Source of the DNA: Lama guanicoe
Lineage: Eukaryota
Assembly: GCA_013239625.1 (NCBI GenBank)
Contig: MU053347.1
Coordinates: forward strand, 240,669-296,970
Length of the DNA stretch: 56,302 nt
Direction: 5' to 3'
A program made the translations under genes and the position numbers. Of this stretch, positions 52,671 to 56,302 are shown piece after piece (the first letter of the stretch is position 1; every line of letters starts with the position of its first letter). The notes under the pieces are model-generated. The model was not told the origin of the DNA, did no database searches, and worked only from the letters and a program-made list of their open reading frames with translations.

Positions 52671-55110
52671 GACAGTCAAATACTTGGGATTTATTATCTT
52701 AGAGGGACACCGAGCCCTAGGACCAGAATGAAAACAAGTTATTTGTGCCATACCCAGACCGGAAACAAAAAGAAAACTGCGAGAGTTCCTGGGTGCAGCT
52801 GGGCTTTGCTGGATATGGATCCCCGGCTTTTCAAGAATAGCCAAGTCCCTCTATGAAACAACTGCTGGATCAGAAAAAGAAACCCTCAAATGGGAAACTA
52901 AACAAAAAAATGCCTTTAGACAACTAAAGAAACTACTAATCCAAGCCCCAGCACTAGGCTTACCAGATGTAATACGACAGTTTAATCTGTTTGTACATAA
53001 AAGAGACCAAACTACTCTTGGAGTCCTAACTCAGAACGTGGGGCCGTGACAGCACCCTGTGGCCTATTTATCTAAAAGACTGGACCCTGTAGCATCAGGA
53101 TGGCCACCCTGTTTACGGGCCCTCGCTGCCACAGCCTTCCTGGTCAATGAGGCAAACAAGCTCACACTGGGACAGACTTTGAATGTAAAAGTGCCCCATT
53201 CTGTGGTGGCCCTGATAAACGGCCCAGGTTACAAATGGGTAACTAACACAAGGATGACCCACTACCAGGGGCTTCTATGTAAAAATCCAAGAGTCCGTCT
53301 AGAGACTGTGCGAACCTTAAACCCAGCCCCATATTTGCCTGAGGGGGAAGGACAGCCTGACCACAACTGTGAAGAAATCATTAAAGAGGTGTACGCAAGC
53401 AGGCCTGATCTAACCGACAAGCCCCTGCAAAACCCAGACCTGGAACTTTTCACAGATGGCAGCAGTTACATACAAGATGGACAACGGCTAGCAGGTTACG
53501 CTGTAACAACAACCCGAGAGGTAATAAAGGCAGAGTCCCTTCCCCCAGGATGGTCTGCTCAGCGAGCAGAGATCTGGGCACTGGTCCAGGCACTAAGAAA
53601 AGGGAAAGGAAAATGAGTCAATATATATACTGATTCCAAATATGCATTTGCAACCTTGCATGTACATGGAGCCATCTATAAGAAGAGAGGACTTTTAACT
53701 GCTGGGGAAAAAGAAATCAAAAACAAAAAAGAAATTTTACAGTTACTGGAGGCAGTATGGGATCCAAAGGAAGTGGCCGTTATTCACTGTAAGGGACACC
53801 AAAGAGGAAATGACCCTGTGAGCCAGGGAAAAGGCTAGCTGATCAAAAGGCAAGAGGAGCAGCCACCTGGGAACACTCAGTAATTAAAGTTATGGCAGCG
53901 CCAGAGCTACCCACTGCCCCAGAATATAGTCACGATGAAAACAAGTGGGCACAGGCTGAACGAGGAGAGAAAGGAAAGGACGGATGGTGGGTCATGACTG
54001 ATGGAAGGGTTTTCATCCCAGAATGACTAGCTTATCGTTTAGTCCAACAACAACACAAAGCCACACATATGGGAAAAATGGCTTTGGAGGCCCTCTTAAA
54101 GCGATATTTCCTAATTTCTCGTCTCCCTACTCTGTGTGCATCAGTTTCCCAACGCTGCTTGCTCTGTGCACAAAACAATCCAAAACAAGGGCTAACTGGG
54201 CCAATGGGAATACAAGGATGTGAGTTGGCTCCCTTTGAAGATTTAGAAATGGACTTTACTAAACTTGGGCCCAGTAAGGGATATAAGTACTTGCTGGTTT
54301 TCGTCTGCACCTTCACAGGGTGGGTAAAGGCCTAACCCACCAGGACAGAAAAAGCAAAAAAAAAAAAAAAAAAAGGGAAATGACAAAGGCTCTTCTCAGG
54401 GATGTTATCCCTCGATTTGGAATGCCTACCTCCATTGGGTCTGACAATGGACCCACCTTTGTGTCAGAAATTGTACAGCAAGTGGCAAAGTCACTGAGCA
54501 TCCTCTGGAACCTGCACACAGCATACCGGCCTCAAAGCTCAGGGAAGTTAGAACGAATAAACTGGACTCTAAAACAAATTATAGCTAAAATCAGCCAAGA
54601 AACCCAGCTCCCCTGGGTGGGCATTCTACCCCAGGCACTGTTACAAATTAGATGCACCCCCAAGATTTAATATTGGGTACTCTCCCTTTGAAATCCTCTA
54701 TGGGCGACCACGAACTTTAGTCAGGATGAGAAATCCCACCCCAGAAATAGGAAATTTAGGGTTCCACCAACAACTGTTGGGACTAGAAAAAGTACTACGA
54801 GAAGTTTGAGGTTGGGTGATAGAGAAAACCCCCATTTCATTAGGGGTTCAAGTGCATCCCCATAAACCAGGTGACCAGGTATGAGTGAAGGATTAAAAAA
54901 AAACCTCTCAAACCAACATGGAAGGGACCATATTTAGTGATATTAACTACTCCTACAGCTGTTAAAGTTGCAGGAATCGTCCCTTGGATCCACCACTCCA
55001 GGGTCAAGAGAGCAACTGCACCTCAGGCAGACGGTCCCTAGAAAATTGAGAGTGTCCCAGGAGACCCGCTCAAGATCAAGATCAAGAGGGACCAGAAAAG
55101 GATCGACGAG
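52671..55110 (+). pseudogene. pol: pol remnant: RT thumb/connection, RNase H and integrase, with stops and frameshifts
   Basis: [59 protein letters not shown] zinc finger, MDFT/SDNG/LER (DDE) and WKGPY. Confidence 0.95.
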
Positions 55111-55276
55111 CCCTGCTCTAGCCACAACCGGAAGCTGGCTAGTCAACACACGGCCGAAGCCTGAGGATCAACGTGCCCAGCTCTAGCCACAACCGGAAGC
55201 TGGCTAGTCAACGCACGGCCGAAACTTGAGAAAAGCTCAACGCAGCTGTTAAATGTAAATTCAGCCACGATCTCCA

Positions 55277-55730
55277 ATGAATAGCAAAAACCCTGGGAAC
55301 TCTGCAAAATCAGACTGGCTCTCTGGCCGAGGTGGCTTAAAAAACAGGAGGGGCCTGGACTTACTCACGGCCAAAGAGGGGGGACTATGCCTCTTCCTAA
55401 ATAAAGAGTGTTGGTTTCATGCCAATCAATCAGAAATTGTCAGAGAAATGGTTCAAGAGTTACAACACCGAGTGAAAAAGAGAAAACATATTTTAGGTAA
55501 GAGCCCATGGACAGGACTCTGGGGCTGGACCTCCTGGGTAACACCATTCATAGGTCCCTTACTACTGATTTTTGCAGTTATGCTGTTTGGGCCCTGTGTC
55601 CTAAACTTCCTGACCCGCTTTGTCAGTGAGCGGATAGAGGCTATAAAACTTCAGATGTTAGCCTCAAATTATAAACACCTGCAACAGGTAAATAATGATG
55701 CTTACTCAAACAAGGGTTGTGAAAGCATCA
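55277..55730 (+). pseudogene. env: env remnant: TM immunosuppressive domain, membrane anchor and tail; SU deleted
   Basis: NRRGLDLLTAKEGGLCLFLNKECW (CX6CC mutated), WVTPFIGPLLLIFAVMLFGPCVLNFLTRFVSERIEAIKLQM. Confidence 0.93.
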
Positions 55731-55740
55731 GAGGGGGGAA
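55730..55740 (+). promoter_or_regulatory. Polypurine tract
   Basis: AGAGGGGGGAA directly before the 3' LTR TG. Confidence 0.93.
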
Positions 55741-56251
55741 TGTGAAGGAAAAGCCCAGCTGGGCTAACAAGCTAACTCACGAATCTAAGTGTAACAAGTG
55801 TCGGATTACTGATCTGAGTTCTGCTGGGCTAACTCATAACTCTGAAGTTTAGTGTCAGTATATTGGGCTAACGAGCTAAGTCACAAATCTAAGTGTGATA
55901 AGTGTTGGTTTACTGATATAAGTTCTGCTGGGCTAACTTGTAAACCTAAGTTTAGTGTCAGTTTACTGGGCTAACAAGCTAAATCTTAAATCCAAGCTCA
56001 ACAAGTATCAGTAACGTGATCTGTTCCAAATTGATAAGCTTCAGTGTACTGATTCCTTGCTTTTATTGTTTGAGCATTATTGGCTAATAGCGCATACATC
56101 TAATTAACCCTATAAAACTTCATGTGCACGTCTTGGAGGTGCTCAGAGCTTCGGAACAGAAGCCCCTACGAGTCCGTCGGCATAATACATCTGAGTATTC
56201 CAACAATCCGTGTGGTGCTTGTTTCTTGGCTGTCCTGTCATTTCCGAAACA
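55741..56251 (+). promoter_or_regulatory. 3' LTR, 511 bp
   Basis: tgtgaaggaaaagcccagctggg...gtcatttccgaaaCA; one extra U3 module; polyA signal mutated to AATACA. Confidence 0.95.
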
Positions 56252-56302
56252 ATGTCACACACACCTTTGGCGTTATTCTAAACCAAATTACAGTCGAGGG
56301 TC

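Larger units (their letters stand above)
50593..56251 (+). mobile_element. Internally deleted class I (gamma-like; HERV-E/ERV3-like gag) endogenous retrovirus
   Basis: LTR-PBS-leader-gag(MA)-partial pol-partial env-PPT-LTR are all readable. Confidence 0.97.

Overview
Mammalian genomic DNA, most likely camelid, judged from a tRNA-derived Vic-1-type SINE and camelid-style L1 tails; it contains four N gaps. Bases ~4.8-24 kb hold 14 + strand exons of a collagen VI alpha-4 (COL6A4)-like gene. These cover the C-terminal part of the triple helix, the Cys-containing linker (including a 12-bp micro-exon) and the C1 VWA domain. All have GT-AG boundaries and splice into one open frame of 1134 nt (378 codons), but three Gly-X-Y glycines are substituted. 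No further exons are visible: at ~24.5 kb the sequence switches abruptly to AT-rich intergenic-like DNA, a candidate breakpoint truncating the gene. Bases 24.5-50.5 kb are non-coding, with old L1/L2/MIR/MLT/DNA transposon relics, two solo LTRs and a near-perfect 179-bp tandem duplication. Bases 50593-56251 are a 5.7-kb gamma-like (class I) endogenous retrovirus with a tRNA-Thr PBS. A deletion fuses Gag matrix in frame to the RT thumb/RNase H/integrase, env is reduced to the TM part, the sequence appears G-to-A hypermutated, and the LTRs are mismatched with no target-site duplication. Family names come from recalled consensus features, not a database search.
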